DNA of 63,705 nucleotides, the filler included, from Octopus bimaculoides (taxonomy: Eukaryota), in assembly GCF_001194135.2 (NCBI RefSeq). It is 4 parts of 4 records of this genome, joined end to end, with 100 filler letters (N's around TTAATTAATTAA, not from the genome) between each part and the next. Parts side by side here need not be neighbours in the genome. Positions count along the whole stretch, not along the records: positions 40,193 to 62,390 come from NC_068988.1; positions 62,491 to 63,705 come from NW_026380208.1; 2 more parts are not named here. One strand, 5' to 3'. Position numbers and translations under genes: made by a program. Positions 61,791 to 63,705 of this stretch are shown piece after piece (the stretch's first letter is position 1; each line of letters starts with the position of its first letter). The notes beneath the pieces were generated by a model, which was not told the origin of the DNA, searched no databases, and saw only the letters and a list, made by a program, of their open reading frames with translations.

Positions 61791-61820
<30 letters not shown>

Positions 61821-62509
61821 TGAGTGGGCAGATGAAAGAGTACGGTGTTTAGCATATATGTTAGGAGTTACATACATTTCCATTAACTGTGTGATTCTGT
61901 TCCGTAGAGTTATTATATTACGAATCTAGTAAAAGTTAGTTTGAAACGAATACTGACATTTAGAAACATTCAATCGTCGTAAGCAGCGGCACTGTAAAAC
62001 AGCCGAGTGTTTTATCATTTTGTAGTTTTTAGCTGAACTTTTTCTATGGATATGAAGAAAAGGCAATCAAACTGGAATAATTCACTGGAATGGTGTCCCA
62101 GTAACTTCAACCAGGACATTCGGAAGAACTGAACTCAGGTCAGCAGATTAGTACAGCCCCTAGTAAGTTCCAATGATGTTAACATTACTGAGATATATAT
62201 GCTCGCTGTACATCTCTGCGGCTAGCTAGACTGAGCTAGCAAGAACCATTTTCAATTGATGTGATTTAGACCATGTCAGACTAAACTACTCGATCAAATT
62301 AGTGTTCCCCATGAATGTTAACGGAGTGAAGTGACGTGGAACTTTCTCAACCAATAATCACAACGGGGTTGTGGTATGACCCCCCCCCCCNNNNNNNNNN
62401 NNNNNNNNNNNNNNNNNNNNNNNNNNNNNNNNNNTTAATTAATTAANNNNNNNNNNNNNNNNNNNNNNNNNNNNNNNNNNNNNNNNNNNNCCTCCTCCTC
62501 CTCATCATC

Positions 62510-62770
62510 ATCATCATCATAGTCAACATCACCCCCCCACCACCACCATCATTTAACATCTGTCTTCCATACTGGCATGGGTTAGATGATTCAACAGGAT
62601 CTGACAAGCCAGAGAACTATGTTGAATTCCAATGTCTGCTTTGGCATAGTTTATATGGCTCTATGCCCTTCCTAATGCCAATCCCTTTACAGAGTGTACA
62701 AGATTCTTTTTCACATGGCAGGTCATCAAGTACCTCATATGACAAGACTCACTCAACTGGTGATACTGAG
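62510..62770 (-). mobile_element. Family E (RTE-tail) diverged copy
   Basis: catcatttaacatctgtcttccatactggcatgggttagatg; atgcccttcctaatgccaa. Confidence 0.65.
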
Positions 62771-63261
62771 ATTGATGGCTTTATGTCAAGTGATGAAAGG
62801 TTAAAATATGATAGAGAGACAAAAACAAGTGTCTAGCTGTAAGGAGAGGCATGGTCACACCAGTTGAGGAAATAGAGAAATTGATGGGTTAAAGGTGCCA
62901 TGGCACACTTTCAAGTTACAAAAAGATGAATGTAAGAGAAGAGGCCCAGGGGATAGGACAAGGTGAAGAGGTAAGTTCGTGAGAATGTGGAAAGAGAGTG
63001 GAGAGGTAGATGGATAGAGATGGTGATAGAAGGGAAAGCAGGGAATGGGAAACACAGGTGGAGGCATGGTCAGTAAAGAATACCAGTTGGAGGGATGTGA
63101 AGGGAGAAGGATTGAATCCTGGAGAGAGTTGGTGGCAGCACAAATGATGTGGTGTGTGGGTGGTGTGCAAAAGATGCAGTGTTGAGGTCAAAGGTACATA
63201 GAGGTGGGGGTTGAATGAGAGGGTGTACAGGGAAAAAGTGACAGTGAAAGGGATATATATA

Positions 63262-63705
63262 TCATCATCATCATCATCATCATCATCGTTTAACGTCCAC
63301 TTTCCATGCTAGCATGGGCTGGACGATTTGACTGAGTACTGGTGAACCGGATGGCTGCACCAGACTCTAATCTGATCTGGTGGAATTTCTACAGTTGGAT
63401 GCCCTTCCTAATGCCAACCATTCTGAGAGTGTAGTGGGTGCTTTTATGTGCCACCGGCATGAGGGCTAGTCTCATGGTACTGGCAATGGCCGTGCTCAAA
63501 ATGGTGTTTTTTACGTGCCACCTGCACAGGAGCCAGTCCAGCGGCATTGGCAACGACCTTGCTCGAATGATTTTCTAACATGCCAGTAAGGCAACACTGG
63601 TAACGATCATGCTCAAATGGTGCTATTTATGTGCCACTGGCACGGAAACCAGATGGCTGCTCTGGCAATGATCACGCTCAGACGGTGCTGTTAGTGCTCC
63701 ACTGG
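63262..63705 (-). mobile_element. Family E (RTE-tail) element with internal tandem repeats of about 60 bp
   Basis: (CAT)n followed by cgtttaacgtccactttccatgctagcatggg; repeated ggtgcttttatgtgccac...ctggcaa.ga.c..gctc units. Confidence 0.75.

Overview
AT-rich, repeat-dense animal genomic scaffold with about 10% N gaps. The SINE, microsatellite and LINE repertoire looks like a coleoid cephalopod (Octopus-like); this is inferred from recalled repeat families, not from a search. No intact protein-coding gene can be supported, and almost all ORFs in the track are microsatellite or gap artefacts. Recognisable content: (1) a near full-length, decayed two-ORF Tx1/L1-clade LINE (about 31069-36890, minus) sitting between two (GATA)n tracts, plus a second diverged ORF2 fragment (39176-40092, plus); (2) three 3' fragments of restriction-like-endonuclease (R4/Dong/NeSL-type) LINEs; (3) a Tigger/pogo transposase relic, a mariner relic and several TTAA-flanked MITEs; (4) dozens of tRNA-derived SINE copies from at least four families; (5) a degenerate (TTAGGG)n array; (6) weak candidate exons on both strands. 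The best leads are a GT-AG mini-intron whose removal would delete the ORF1 stop and fuse ORF1 to ORF2 in frame in the Tx1 element (overlapping a hammerhead-like core), a SINE subfamily whose 3' tail matches that Tx1 tail, a canonical minimal hammerhead core at 45342, a pre-miRNA-like 80-nt hairpin at 271-350, and a 403-bp perfect inverted repeat enclosing a microhomology-joined mosaic. None of these is a demonstrated new system; each needs the stated check.
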